From: the human T2T-CHM13v2.0 reference genome, Homo sapiens
NCBI RefSeq assembly: GCF_009914755.1
Contig: NC_060942.1
Strand: one strand, 5' to 3'
DNA: 64,000 nt
The notes beneath the pieces are model-generated. The model did no database searches. It had not been told where the DNA came from and saw only the letters and a program-made list of their open reading frames with translations. Position 1 is the first letter of the stretch; every line of letters starts with the position of its first letter. The position numbers and the translations under genes are program-made. Shown one piece after another: positions 1 through 17,535 of the stretch.

Positions 1-1044
1 ACAAACTTACCTTCAGGATCCGTTTTAATTACAAATGTGTCATGCATAAAACATGTGGAATCATTTCAATATGTTCATTATCCTCTGCTTCATTCTTCAA
101 TTCACAAGGCAACTTTAATTGTAGTATATTCATCAACTCTTCTTTAGTCTTAAGATTTCCACAGATATTAGTTCAGCTTAAATTTATAGAAAATAGTCCT
201 CTGGCAGGTTGCTCCTGATTGGGTTCCACATGAGAGGACAGTATTAATCAATGTAGTGGAAAACACGTAAGCACCAAAACCATATTAAATCTAGGCTCCA
301 TCCCGTAGGGCCCTGATTATGGAAATAGATTCACATATTTTAGTGTTAATGTTTGCAACCACAATTCTTTCTCAAATGAAACCCGAAGCAGTCATGCAGA
401 TTAGCACTGGTCTAACATTTTAAAACTTGGCTTTTAATCGAACTTCAGAGGAAATGATTGCAGCCTCACTGCGTACTTATTCTCCCTACTTCGCCAGGGT
501 AACATGAAGCTTAATTAGTCCTCTGTTGAGGCTATTTGCTCCTCTGAAGTTTAAGTTTCTATGAAGGTTGAATCATTAAATAATTGCAGTGGAAACATTT
601 TTTTAAATTCTTTCCCCAAATCAAAAGTAATTTGAGAAAGCCCAAGGTACCTGACATTGTAGGGATTGAAATGTAATTAGTTGGTAGATATACTAGAATT
701 GATTTGAGACAGTGGACCAGAAGTTGATGCTCAGAGGAGGAATCAAAATAAAAAGCCACAGTGAATGAAAGCAAAGAGGCAAACATATAAAGAAAGCTAG
801 AGAATTTCAGGAGAAAAAAAAAAACAGTAAGAAGTCATTAGAAGTGGATGGCATTGTTAAACATCGAGGGCAACTTAGGTGATTTTTTAATAAGGGATAG
901 GTGCCCTGAGGAGAAAGGGCCTAATTGAACCAGCATTCAAGTGGCTGAAAGGAAAGCGATTTTGACCAGCCACCAAAAAGTTGATTTAGACCCAGACAAA
1001 AAAAAGAGGAGGGGAGCTTTCTTTCCCAGTAAGTATAAGGATAG

Positions 1045-1175
1045 AGAAATATCTCTATCCTTATGCTAGAAGAGATATCTCTATCCTTATGCTAGAAGAA
1101 ATATCTCTATCCTTATGCTAGAAGAAATATCTCTATCCTTATGCTAGAAGAACTATCTCTATCCTTATACTAGAA
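1045..1175. repeat. 26-bp minisatellite, about 5 copies (TCTCTATCCTTATGCTAGAAGAAATA)
   Basis: Unit starts at 1052, 1078, 1104, 1130 and 1156. Confidence 0.95.
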
Positions 1176-2134
1176 CAATTGTTTTGTACCTTTTTGGCAC
1201 CAGGACACATGTGGTAAATAATGTTTCCATTAGACACACCCTTAGAAGCACAAAAAAACTAGGATATTAGACAGGTGCAATTGTTCACCACATTTCATTT
1301 CTTTCTCTTCCACTCTAGAATTGTCACATGTGACTGTGCCATCTGTGTGGGATAGGCACTCTAATGGATCGGAAAAGTCAATCATTAATTACTCGTAATG
1401 ATTGAGACACCTCCAGTTGCTACCATTCCCGAGCAGAGGTAAGATAAACTAGAAAGGGCAACTGGAAATGCCTAGGGAAGGCCAGAGTGTCTGACTACTT
1501 GTCAATAAGTTCATGAGAGCCCCCAGGTTAAAATAATTAGCCATTCCCCAAAGGCTCTGTGGATCTGAGCCCTGTCACTCACTAACAATCCTCTAGACCA
1601 ACGGCCAAGATTTCTCTATGAGCTCGCACAACCTTCTACTATATCAGAAGAAACTGGGATAAACAAAATTCAATCCAAATTTTTAAAACTATAACCTACA
1701 TATTTTAAGTTTTGGAAATCTAGTCAAATAATGTCAGCTCACCCCTCAATATATAACTTTCTAAACAATGTTCTAAAAAAGGTAGATTGTGAAAACAAAA
1801 CAAGGGAACTTGCTTCTGATTTGGGTCTTGTCAAAATATGAAACTAAAAACCCACCACAGGGAATTGAAGCCTATAGAGAAAGTCCAAAAAGTCTTTATC
1901 ATTTCACATCTTCTAGGAAGCTTATTTTGTACATATCTCTTATCTGAGATACAGTACTTATTGTCATTACCATTCAGACTGACATTCAATCACATACTTC
2001 CTGTAAGCTTATTTAATTTTTCTGTTATGTCTTCTCTCTCCAATTAGACTATAAATTCCAGATGATCAGGATTGTATTCCTCTCAGCCTGAAGGCCATGT
2101 TGGGCACAAAGAAGGCGTGCTGGGTGTTTCATTG

Positions 2135-2422
2135 TTTGTGACCAGGTCCCACTGTGTTGCCCAGGCTGGAGTGCAGTGGCGTGATCATAGCTCACTGCAG
2201 CCTCAAGCTCCTAGGCTTCAGTGATCCTCCTGCCCAGCCTCCTGAGTAGCTGGGACTATAGGCACACACCACCACACACCTGGCTAATTTTTTAATTTTT
2301 TTGTAGAAAGGGGTTCTTCATATGTTGCCAAGGCTAATTTTTACCTTCTGGCCTCAAGCAATCTTCCCACCTGGGCCTCCCAGAGTGCTGGGATTATAGG
2401 CATGAGCCATTGCACCCTGCCA
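2135..2422 (-). mobile_element. Alu (old, AluJ-like)
   Basis: Reverse-complement Alu dimer with diverged sequence. Confidence 0.9.
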
Positions 2423-2639
2423 GCCTGCTGTTAAATGCTTGTATGATGAATTAAGTACATTTAATTAATTTCTACATTTCTCTATTGTTTTCTTTCTAGC
2501 CATCATTTTCTGTGGATTTATTTAAATGCCATTGCAATTAGAGTAAAACAAAACAAATATGTGTATGTGTATATATAATACCTAAAGGCAACTGGTAGCT
2601 GTCATAAACTGGGAATTAAGAAAAAATGTATCTGCCTTT

Positions 2640-2940
2640 GGCAGGGTACAGTGGCTCATGTCTGTAATCCCAGCACTTTGGGAGGCCAAGGCAGTACATC
2701 ACTTGAGGCAAGAGTGCAAGACCAGCCTGGCCAACATGGTGAAACCCCATCTCTACTAAAAATAAAAAAATTAGCTGGGCGTGGTGGTACCTGTAATCCC
2801 AGCTACTGGGGAGGCTGAGGCACGAGAATCACTTGAGCCTCTGTGGCAGAATATTGCAGTGAGCCTACATGGTGCCACTGCACTAGAGCCTGGGTGACAG
2901 TGAGACTCCGTTTCAAAAAACAAACAAACAAACAAACAAA
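2640..2940 (+). mobile_element. Alu with (CAAA)n tail
   Basis: Alu dimer consensus. Confidence 0.9.
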
Positions 2941-3537
2941 TATATATATATATTTATCTGTCTTTAATCAGATACATCATCAAAAACTGAATATACTTTT
3001 AACCTTGGACAGAAACTGCTTTTAATATGGAAATGTTGGTGAACTCTTAGGGAAAATAGACTAAAATGTATATCTGAATCTAAGGAACATTTTTGTCCAC
3101 AGATTAAACACATAATTACATCAGTTGAGTTTATTTTAGTATCGTTCTAATGGTTTTCTTTTGCATCAGTTTTATTACTGAAAGTTATATTCTCTTTACT
3201 TCTAGTGTCACTTTTTTTAAATAAAGCTCTTATCAAGATAAATCTCAGAAAATACAAATCTAAGCAAGACAATTTAGAGTAACTTAGTTTATAGAGACTT
3301 GCATTTATAGCCACATTATTACGTTAAGAAATAAAGGTCTGGCGTGCTCAATCACATGTTCCTGGCCAGTTTTGCAGAAATTAATGTCAACCTAGAAAAC
3401 AACATGAAAGCCAGCAACTTAGTTTCTAATGTTATGCTCACTACAGGGAACATTACATTGAGCAAAAGAGGCCAACAGATGCCATGTGTGAGTAACCTGA
3501 ACTCCTCAAAGGAAAGAGGAAAAATATTATGTTAGAT

Positions 3538-3780
3538 CAGTGGTTCTCAACCCTTGTTGAAAGTAGAAACCTGAGAAGCTTCAAAAAAAAAAAACAACAA
3601 AAAACCATTGCTTGTCTCCCATCCCCAGACATTCTGTTTACTTTGTCTGGGAGAGTCACAGGCATTGCCAGGACAATGGTGCACACTTATAATTCCAGCT
3701 ACTCAGGAGGCTGAAACAGGAGGATCCCTTGAGCCCAAGAGTTGAAGATCAGCCTGGGCAACATATTGGGACATCTCTCT

Positions 3781-3826
<46 letters not shown>

Positions 3827-3870
3827 ATTAGATGCATGTAATGTACAGCCAGAGTTGAGAACGGTTAGGC
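3538..3870. mobile_element. MER5A-like hAT element interrupted by an Alu monomer (FLAM, 3668-3824) with a long polyA
   Basis: Termini cagtggttctcaac and gttgagaacggtt flank a single Alu arm followed by more than 40 A. Confidence 0.7.
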
Positions 3871-4607
3871 TAAATGATATAAAATTACAAATAAGCTTTC
3901 TAAAAAGACACTTACGCTTTCCCTTTTTATACTTCCAGTGCTAATTCAGGCAAAGTCTGAGCTACTCTTTAGTACAGCCCTCTTTATGTAGACTTAAAAG
4001 TTAACACATACATATACACAAGCCTCTAGGTTTCCCATGAAAACCATCTGTCAAAATAATACTAGCTAGAAGCAACATGTCAAAAACTACAATTATAAAG
4101 AATCTTAATTCTTTGATTCTATTGGATTTCCGTGGACTTTTTTGATCTCAAGTGATAAAAGCTAAATCATTCTAGTTGGAGTGAAAAAGTGGAGGAATGG
4201 ATTTAATCAGCGAATAACTAGAAAGAACCAGAATAGATCTCACATCAAGCACAATAGATCCAGGACCCAAATAATGTCACCAAGACTTGGTTTCTTACTC
4301 TCATACTCCCTTGCACTAGTCCTTATCTCTGCTTCCCTCTAGACATAGATGTCATTCTTTCTGTCATGAGTACCCTACTCCGTGAGTTCCTACTCCAAGT
4401 GGTAGGAACCCCAGGTTCACATCTTTACAGCACCCTAACCTGAAAGGCAAAATATGGCCTTTCCTGCTCCTTCAGGAGAAAAGTCCCAGATAATGCCTCT
4501 GCTGGCTCCAAATTGGATCACAAGTCCATACTAAAAATCTCAAAAATATTACCTGCCTATAATATATCACTCAAAAATTACGTTGAGTTTTAAAACGTTA
4601 ATAGGAG

Positions 4608-5000
<393 letters not shown>

Positions 5001-6893
5001 CTAGAACAAAATTCACCTAACAGGAAATACAGTAGTTGAATCACAGAAATAGTCAAAGGTCATATCAAGGTCAGACTTTTATTTAAAAGGATGAATTTTA
5101 TTTTTATTCTGAGACCTAAGGGAGCCACAAAAGGATTTCAGGGAAAGAATGAGATGATCAGATTTGTTTTAGGAAGATTACTTTGGCATGTGGGAATAGA
5201 TTGAAGAGAATGCATTTTAAAAATAGAAATAAGTCAGAAGGATATTACAGTTAACCACATGAAAAGAAATCTAAACTTGTACTAAGGCAATGGTTAAGAC
5301 AAATAAAGACAAGAAATGGATTCGAGATTTTTAAGGATGTGGTATCTACAGTAACTAGATTGGGTATTAGATGCCCAGAAAGGAAGAGGAGTCAGAATGA
5401 CTCACTGATTCCTGGCTTGGGAAACTTGGAGGATAGTCATGCTGTTAACTAAGAATTCAGGAATAGAGGCAGGTTTGGAATGGATAGATGGTAAATTCAG
5501 TTTAACATTAAATTAAAGTTGTCTATAGGATTAAAATGGAGGCCAACTCATAACTGTAAAGCCAACTATAAGATCAACTTTAATTATAAAGTCAAATGTT
5601 AGACGATTAAGGCATAAATATGTTAAAGTCACACTCAGGACAAAGATAGAACCAGAATGGGGAGCTAGATGACATTCCTAATGAACGTGGAAGAGATAAT
5701 AAATAACCCCAACTACAATGGTATAAAGGACATTCTAGCCAGATGGCATGAGCCTCCAGAAAGATCTAACATGAGGAGGAAACAAAGGTTTTGAAATAGC
5801 AGTAAGGATAAAAGGAACGCTGACCTCACCCCTGCCCAGATGTGGTCATGGAGATTGGAGAGCAGCAGCAGTCACTTGGCCGGAATGCAAAGCAGGTGGG
5901 AGACCACTGGGTATCAGCAAGGGCAAATAGGTGCACTATGAAGTCTTCTGTTTTGACTCTCCAGCATCCAAACCCCCTTTCTACTGTGGGGGAAATCCCA
6001 GAGGAGGTGGGGGCAGGGCACACTTTTGGGAAGCCTTACAAAGAAGGCACTAGCATGTGACTTAGGTTCTGCCATCTCCATGTCCCGCTCTGGACCTTGA
6101 GACAGTCATGTAAGGGCACAGTGAACTTGAGAAATTTTTCACAGCACAAGCAGCAGTTCAAATGACGGTCCCATGACTCATCAGGACATGAGGTATATTG
6201 TAACATTAAACATGCCATACCCAATATTGTTCAGGCTTCAGTAGGGCAGGAAAGGACTTCCAATACTCACTTCTGCCCTAAAAGCACCACTTCCTGTCAT
6301 GTGATGTAGTCTATTGTCTGTTCTCATGTGACAATTTGGGGGAAGTGGGGGGAAGACAATTTGAAAACAGAGGTTAGTAGAATTTTTAATAGTACAGTGT
6401 CATGGTAATTTTTAACCCTAAAATTTTTACATACATTTTATTATTAAACTACAGAACACAGATAGCCAAGGGCTCAGTGGTGGCAGTGACAGAGGTGGTG
6501 ACCCAGCAGCAGGCCCCACAACAAACTGACCCTGTGCCAGGCCCAGGCCATGATTCCAGCTGCAGCTGCGCAGCCTCACTCATCTCCGGCCCATCTTCTG
6601 ACCCCGATGCTCAAGCCTTCTCATTATTGGGTTTCTTTGCAATCAATTCCTTTTATGTTTAAGTTAACCAAAGTTGGTTTCTGTTGTTTTCAACTGAGAA
6701 CTCTAATAGCTACAGGTGAAAAGCACTTCCAGAGGAGGAACGGAGGGTGCTGTATGCTGGAGTCCCTGGCTGTTTTAAGAACCCCAACATTGTAGTATTT
6801 GGAGTCTCACAGAGTTTCTGAACATAAAAAGAAAGAAAAAAATGATCTGATAAAATGAAAATGTAAGTATGTGTATGTCAGAATATACCATAA

Positions 6894-7306
<413 letters not shown>

Positions 7307-9061
7307 GGAATATCTTCTTTCTCTGGCCACAATTTTGTGTCAGTTGTTTTGCTGCCAGTGAAACAGAAATTATATATAAGTGATCAAATTTGTCCAAAGA
7401 CTTGACTCTTTTTATTTCCTACCAAATGCAGGGCCTAGTAGTTTTGCCTGCACATTTCCTACACTTCCACCTGAAAGGTGAGATTCTACCACCATCTACA
7501 TGTCCCTGGATTTGAGAGGCAGCGACACTCCCTCAGCAGTGAGTTTCTTGGGTGAGTGATAGAGGGACAGTGCTTGACCTTGACAATTAAGCATCTGTAT
7601 GTGTGACCAGACGGTCTTATGCAGGCAGGACAGAGGTGGAAGTAGGAGTAGGAAGAGGAGAGTGTCCCCATCCCTTTAGCTGTTTCACTCAGCCAAGAAG
7701 TTATGATTCCAACTGTGTACCTAATTGTAATTTTGTCCTACCTTACGTGGGCTACTGAAGGAAACATATATAAAGCAAATAATCATGATTATGAAATGTA
7801 AGAGCTTTTAGCAGGACATGAGTAGAACTTCCACATTTTCTCATGTTCCCATCTGTGGGAAGCGGCACAAAGGACCACATCTGCATCACATAAGCACTGC
7901 AGGTCACAATCATCTCTAGGCATCTGATCTGCTTTCCATGAGAAGGAAAAATTGTTTCCTGAGTGTCCGGTCCCACGGAGCAGATTTTCTCAAGGTCTTC
8001 TCCCCCATCTATATGTAATCATTTTGCCTCTGCATCTGGCACCTCGCATCTTGGACTCAGCTTCACTCCCAGCAGCAGTAAACTTACATATGACTAATTA
8101 TGAGAATTAATACATCGAACTCTCATGAGCTTGGTTTTGAACCTGTGGAATCCTTAGCCAGGATGAGCATCCCTGTTAATCTGGAGAATGCCTGCATGTA
8201 GGAAGTCCAAAGCACACAGCAGAAGGCCTGGCAAAAAAGACAATGAAGGGGATGGCTTGAGAAGGGGTTGTAGGCCTAAAGCCTTGCTGAAATAGCCTCG
8301 CCAGAAAGGACAGAGGCCTACAGAGACTGACAGTTCAGGGGTGTGGAAGATGACAGGGCTAAGAGACAAAGTGAGATTAAATAGTCACAGCTCCGGCTGG
8401 AACGCATTCCAGGTGACTGTGCTGACACAGAGGAAAGTGTCGAGAGTTTCCTGAAACAGGTTGGCCTTTGTTAGTGCAGTCCAGGAAGAACTCTCCAAAC
8501 TGCAGAGGACTGTCTGGGCTCTGAAGAGAACACTGGCTTAAAGTTTTATGCTTCAGCAAAATACAGCTGTTAGTGGACTGGGTTGCCAGGGAAGGGTGAG
8601 GCCTCTATCAGAATGGAAGTAACCAACTTCCAGTGACCTTTTAAGGAGGCAGAGCAGATAGCATGGCCATGCTATCTGTCCTCACACTCAAACTCACACG
8701 ACTCCCGTTGCCCTTTTATCTTTTACATTTAAGTTTTCTATCATTTTGTTACTATTCTATACTCTGTAATCCAGCAATTATAAATTGTAAACCCAGGAGG
8801 CCAAAGACCATGTCTGTCTTGCTCCAGACTACATCCCCTTGGACTACGTGCTAAGTAGATATATTTAAAATATTTGCTGAACTACTGAATAAACTAGATT
8901 GTTGACCCAAGTGCCAAATACTTTATCATCATATCTTCCCCTCTATCAAGATGTACTGAAAAGCTCAAGAGAAAACTTCTAAAATATTCTTATGTCATAT
9001 TTTGGTCCTTTTTCTTGGGTATGTGCAAAACAATTATGTCATAGATTAAAAATTTAAAGTG

Positions 9062-9353
9062 GGCCAGGCGCGGTGGCTCACACCTGTAATCCCAGCACTT
9101 TGGGAGGCTGAGGCAGGCGGATCACGAGGTCAGGAGTTCAAGACCAGCCTGACCAATATGGTGAAACCCCATCTCTATTAAAAATACAAAAATTAGCCGG
9201 GCGTGGTGGCACGCACCTCTAGTCCCAGCTACTCAGGAGGCTGAGTCAGGAGAATCGCTTGAACCCAGGAGGCGGAGGTTGCAGTGAGTCGAGATCGCGC
9301 CACTGCACTCCAGCCTGGGTGACAAAGCAAGACTCCGTCTCAAAAAAAAAAAA
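9062..9353 (+). mobile_element. AluS
   Basis: Full dimer with polyA; TSD similar to ttaaagtg. Confidence 0.93.
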
Positions 9354-9605
9354 ATTAAAGTGAACTCTAACAATTGAAATTACAAGTAGAATACTGAGAA
9401 TATTGTAAAAATAAAGTCTATCAATACGCAAAATCCCCTGGGTCTCAGTGAGGTGGAGACAAGCTTCAGATATGCATTGTAGCCCTGTGGGCACTACGTT
9501 TTCTATCATGTGAATGCACTCTTCACTATATTTGGGCAGGCATGGGATGGTATATGACTATCAGAACAATAGCAGTTGTATAATTTTTAACAAAATTGTC
9601 TTGAT

Positions 9606-9835
9606 AGAGTTTGAGATCAGCCTGGGTAACATGGTGAGACCCAGTCTCTACAAAAATACAAAAATTAGCCATGTGTGGTGTGTGGTGGCATGCACCTGTA
9701 GCCCCAGCTACTTAGGAGACTGAGAGGTGGGAGGGTTGCTTAAGCCTGGGAGGTTGAGGCTGCAGTGAGCCATAATCACCCCCAATGCACTCCCACTTGA
9801 GCAACAGAGCAAGACGCTGTCTCAAAAAAAAAAAA
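9606..9835 (+). mobile_element. 5'-truncated AluJ
   Basis: Begins mid left arm; TSD attgtcttgata. Confidence 0.88.
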
Positions 9836-10195
9836 GATTGTCTTGATATTTATAGGAGAAAGTTTTCTAAAACATTTATTTCCACAGGTATTCCATAATT
9901 AAACTATGGAACACTGAAAAAAAAATGACATGAAAAGCTTGAATGATATAAGAAATTCAGTAAAATCCTAATTGAAATATATTTTGCATAATAGCAATTC
10001 TTACCAATATATGTCTTTTATAAAATGCTTATGAATACTTTAGAGAATCAGGGCACAGATTTGTAGTCCTTAAACACTCCAGAAAATAATTATTTCTATG
10101 TGCAAAAGAATTGACAATGTTCTCTTAGTATTATGAGTTGTACCGCTTTAGCAACTCTAAATTATTTGAAAACCATACATTTACAACTGAGCTAA

Positions 10196-10516
<321 letters not shown>

Positions 10517-12659
10517 AACTGTCTTCCAATCTTTCTATTCCACTGACATGGCTGTTTCTTAGGAAAGCTATAAATATTATTGCAATATTACATCTTCTTA
10601 AATATTTCTACAGGTCTGAAACCTCTATTAATCCCCACCTTCTAGAAAACTCTTACTTCCATTTGGGAAAAAGGAGAAGAGGGTTTGAGACCTGACTATC
10701 ACTGTGGGTAAAACAGTAGACAAGTCACTTAACCTCTCCGGGCCTCATTTGTAAAAGAGGGATGTATAATAATGTAAATAATGTCTGCCCCACAGAGTTG
10801 TGAGGACAAATAAGACACTGCATGTAGCAGTCCTTTGTAAACTGCACTTTACAGACACACTAATGCATTATATCTGGCAACTAAAATTTCCACTCACTCC
10901 ACCAAAAACCTCCCTTCCCTACATTAACCTTCAACTTTAATACAAACATTTCCAATCCAGTATTAACCACATCTTTCTCAAGTTCCTACCATGCATGAAG
11001 CATGGTGCTGGGAGCTAAAGATCCAAAAGGGAAGAGTCAGGGAGGAGGCTGAAAACTGCATGAGCTCAGCTGTCCCATTGTGTGTAACAGAATAGAACAA
11101 CCTTGAGACATGTTGTGTACAAGCATAATCAAAATGCTTGACTTTTTTTAACTTGAGAGTTTTTTCTCTTTATGTTCTTTTACTTAATAACTTTCAGAAA
11201 TTTCAAGAGAGCAAACATATATTTTCTGAAATTAAAAGCTTTTAGAGTATCAAGCTTACAATAGAACATTGTGTCCTCAGAGACAATAAACCATCTGTCC
11301 TATCAATATGTTTAAAATCCTAGTGATATAATGCCAAATATAGTATATTTCCGAGTCTTAACAAATGGAAAGGTTGACAGAATCTCAAGGCCCTTATTCC
11401 TCCACGGACTGCCCAACTCCATCATAGATCCAAGAGTGGGTTTCAGAACCTCGTCTATTATAAGCTTGGACAGATCAAGTGTAAATGCAGAGACCACTTT
11501 GTCTAGAGTTAGGCTTGGGCTGGACTGTCCATGTGTCCTCTGGGCCCTGCCATATTGCCTGCTGGGCTTTCCAAGGCACCCTCCCAAGTGAAAGAAGAGG
11601 TAGCCCTGGACCCTTCTTTCCAGCCATTGGAGAGAAGAGACAAGAGGGGAATAGAAAGAAAGGGAAGGAAAAGAAAGGAGAAAGGAAGAGATCCAAAAGT
11701 AAATGGCCACCCCCAAAAAGTAACATGTGAAGAAAAGCACTTTCAGCCTCTTCATACTTCCCTCTGAAACTTTCCCCTTTATGCCAAGCTCCACCCCATG
11801 GTCTAGATATATGGACCTGAGGACTTCATTCTAGATCAAGCTTCTTTTCTCTAGGAGGGAGGGAGGGGCAAGTATGAGTTCAGCTGGGCTCTTCCTCCCG
11901 TGCCTTCCACCATGAGAAAGTCATGTCCTATTCAAGGCTGTTCCTCTGGCCTGAGACACTGAATGAGAAGATGTGCATAGTGTCTGAATCTGACCTGTGA
12001 TCTGAAGCAGAACCATGCCAGCCAACCCGCAACTACAAACATACAGAGTGAGAAATAAATCATGTTAATGTAAACCACTGAGATTTTGAAGTGGTTTGCT
12101 GTTACGCAGTGTAACCCAGCAAACACTACCTAATTAATCTCCCCAAATAAGTCATGCAACTGTGTTTGCCCCATTACTCCTCAGCTGACACAATCGAGTC
12201 AATAACTTAATTGTAGCCTCTTCTGGCTTTCCATCTCCCAAAATCTTTTTAATGTCCCATAAAACCCTTGTGATTTGGACACCGTTACCCAACCCTCCCT
12301 TACTCAGCTTTAGCTCTCTGGCTTCCTTGCTCTGTCTCAAACCTACCAGATTTACTCCCCACCCAGAACCTTTGCATCTGTTGTTCCCAATGCCTGGCAC
12401 GCTCTCTTTCTAGATATCTAGTGTCTTGCTGTCTCACCTCCTTCCAGTCTTGCTCAGGAGACCTTGCTAACCACACTACTTAAAAGTGACCCCACCCCAG
12501 CTCTCTGCACATCCTTTCACTGCTTATTTTTCTCTAAGAAACTTACTACTTTCCATAATATATGTATTGATTATTAATATTATATACTGACTTGCTCTCC
12601 TTATTAAAAAGTATGCACCATTTCTGTCTGTTTTGTTCCTGACTAACCCAGTATCGTGG

Positions 12660-14510
<1,851 letters not shown>

Positions 14511-14784
14511 ATTTATGCTTGGAATTTAACCAAAATCTCAACTGTGGCCTTGAGCAAGTCATTTAATTTATTACCACCTCTGTAAAGCAAGCTAACAACA
14601 TTGCTTCACAAATGTTATAAAGATTAAACTAATTCCTGAATAAAAGTTCTTAATCAGTGTCTGACACATGACAGCTGATAGTGCTGATTTTGTCGTTGTC
14701 ATTATCCTTAACTTGTGTTAGACTAAAGACCTCCCAAACGCAGTCAAGAACTGCTTATCAGTTAAATTCAAAAGAAAAACCCTC

Positions 14785-15110
14785 ACTGGAAGCCATTATC
14801 TTCAGCAAACTAATGCAGGAACAGAAAAACAAACACCACATGTTCTCACTTATAAGTGGGAGCTGAACAATGAGAACACATGGACACAGGGAGGGGAACA
14901 ACACACACTGGGACCTGTTGTGGGAGGGAAGGCAGGGGGAGAGAATTAGGGAAAAGAGCTAATGCATGCTGAGCTTAATACCTAGGTGATGGGTTGATAG
15001 GTGCAGCAAACCACCAGAGCACATGTTTACCTACGTGACAAACTTGCACATCCTGCACATGTACCCTAGAACTTAAAAAAATAAAATAAATATTAAAAAC
15101 TAAAAAAGAA
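14785..15110 (+). mobile_element. L1PA 3' end
   Basis: catgttctcacttataagtgggagctgaac...ctgcacatgtaccctagaacttaaaa followed by an A-rich tail. Confidence 0.9.
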
Positions 15111-15538
15111 AGAATAGCCTTCCAATATATATGCGTATATCAATAATGGTGGTGATCTTAGCCAAGGGAAGACTAAAACACAGGAATCTTCCTGCATCTA
15201 TCATCATTATTTTGGCCTCAAGACAATCAATTTCAATTCTGATATCAATGTAAAATTATTAATTTACATGTCATTGCAGATAATGCAAAAGCAAAGCTAA
15301 TCCACTCAGGTGAATCAGAATCTCATTTTCAGCACTGAAGGTCCCTATGCTCACATGTCTGCTCCAATTTTTCAACTAAAAAGTTTTTCTTCAATTTAGA
15401 ATATACTGTCTTTAAAGTTTCTATCAATCTAAGGCACTCAAAAAAGGAAAAGTTCATTGAGATGGTATGGCAAATGAGAAAGAATGAAGTGACGACAAAA
15501 TGCAAGAGCTGAAGGACTCATAGAAAATGAGAAAATGA

Positions 15539-15838
<300 letters not shown>

Positions 15839-16204
15839 GAAAATGAGAAAATGAATAAAGGTTGAAAATTACAAATATAATTTAGATAAGATAATCCTTT
15901 GTAATTATAGCTACACTTTGGGAATTTTATGTAACACAATAAGAGCTTTATTATTCCACAGATATCCTGCCTATTCACAGTCATCATTCTATTGATCCTC
16001 AGATAATAATGCTTCTTACTGCAGTTTCAAAGGAACTGGATGATTTTATCCACTTGTCACCTTCATCAAGACAGAAAATACTTCCTGTTCTCAGTTGGTC
16101 TCAAGAAATATGTGAAAGTTCTCAAGATTATAAATTAGTGATTTCTGCAGGTTGGCACTTCATAGATGGCTATGCAGTAAGAGCCATCACAGCATGTACC
16201 ATCT

Positions 16205-16550
16205 GCTGTGATCTGAATGTGTCCCTCCAAAATGTGTATCTTGAAACCTAATCCACATTGTGTTAGCATTAAAAGGTACGGCCTTCCAGAAGTGATTGAG
16301 TCACGAGGGCTCCTCCCTCATGAATGGGATTACTGCCCTTATAAAGGAGGTTGAAGGGAACTCCCTTGTCCCTTCCACCATGCAAGGATGAGATGAGAAG
16401 CTGCTGTCCATGAGTGACAAGCCCTCTCCAGATATCAAATCTGGATCTTGGATTTCCCAGCCTCCAGACTGTAAGAAAATAATTTCTGTTGTTTTTAAAT
16501 TAATTATTCTAAGATATTTTTGTGATAGCAACACAAATGGACTAAAACAC
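16205..16550 (+). mobile_element. MaLR solo LTR (MLT1A/MST-like)
   Basis: tgctgtgatctgaatgtgtccctccaaa...cccagcctccagactgtaagaaaataatttctg...aaatggactaaaaca. Confidence 0.8.
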
Positions 16551-17233
16551 CATCTCAGTCTAGACATCAGAAAACAAATAAGTATATGCTGATTCATTTT
16601 CATATTTATAAACAGAAAGTACAAAACTTTATGCTAAAAGCATATCCTGTCATTACTTACAGCAGCATCACATAGTACGGAATAAGAATGACTGTAGATA
16701 GTGGCCATTAAAGGGTTTAAAATCTTCTCTCCCTAGCTTTGAATCCTAGATCTGCCACTTACTAGCTGTGTGACCTTGAACAAGTACTATTATTTTTAAT
16801 TTTTTAAAACTTTTCTTCCTCTCCTCACAGAACTTTCACTTTAATTGGTAAGTGTTAAATATCTTTGGATCTCCCTTTCACCATCTGTAAAATAGCTACT
16901 TTTCAAGGTTGCTGTGAGATTTATAAATAATAATGTAGGGGGTATATCTCTTATTTTTAAACTAGCTTTCTTTATAAACATAAAATATTTATAAAACTAA
17001 AGGTTGGAAAACACTTGTATAGTACTTAAGAGGACAAAATGATATTCATGTTTCTGTGTTGAAACAGGTTACTTTTATGTTAGGTTAAGACAATCCCAGT
17101 TGGGTTATGTTTCCAAGCAATTTCACCCCTAAAATGTATAAACAAAGTGTTTCACTTTTCACCTGAAATGTCACTTCTACCATTAAATGCCCCTTCCTTT
17201 CAAAAGAACTTTCATGATGTAGTTGAAAGTGAT

Positions 17234-17535
17234 GGGTCGGGTGTGGTGGCTCACGCCTATAATCCCAGCACTTTGGGAGGCCGAGGCAGGCGTATCACCT
17301 GAGGTCAGGAGTTCGAGATCACCCTGGCTAACACGGCGAAACCCGCTCTCTACTAAAAACACAAAAATTAGCTGGGTGTGGTGGTGGACACTGGTAATCC
17401 CAGCTACTTGGGAGGCTGAGGCAGGAGAGAATTGCTTGAACCCGGGAGGCAGAGGTTGCAGCAAGCCAAGATCACACCACTGCACTCCAGCCTGGGCGAT
17501 AGAGGGACATGCTGTCTCAAAAAAAAAAAAAAAAA
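17234..17535 (+). mobile_element. AluS
   Basis: Full dimer; TSD aaagtgatg. Confidence 0.93.

Noticed and set aside
1045-1175. 26-bp repeated unit as a possible CRISPR array
   Set aside because: Units are head-to-tail with no unique spacers, there are no cas genes, and the DNA is mammalian.
11312-11794. 160-aa minus-strand ORF with overlapping ORFs on both strands
   Set aside because: Partly low-complexity (CT-rich) sequence, non-ATG start, no recognisable homology or splice context.
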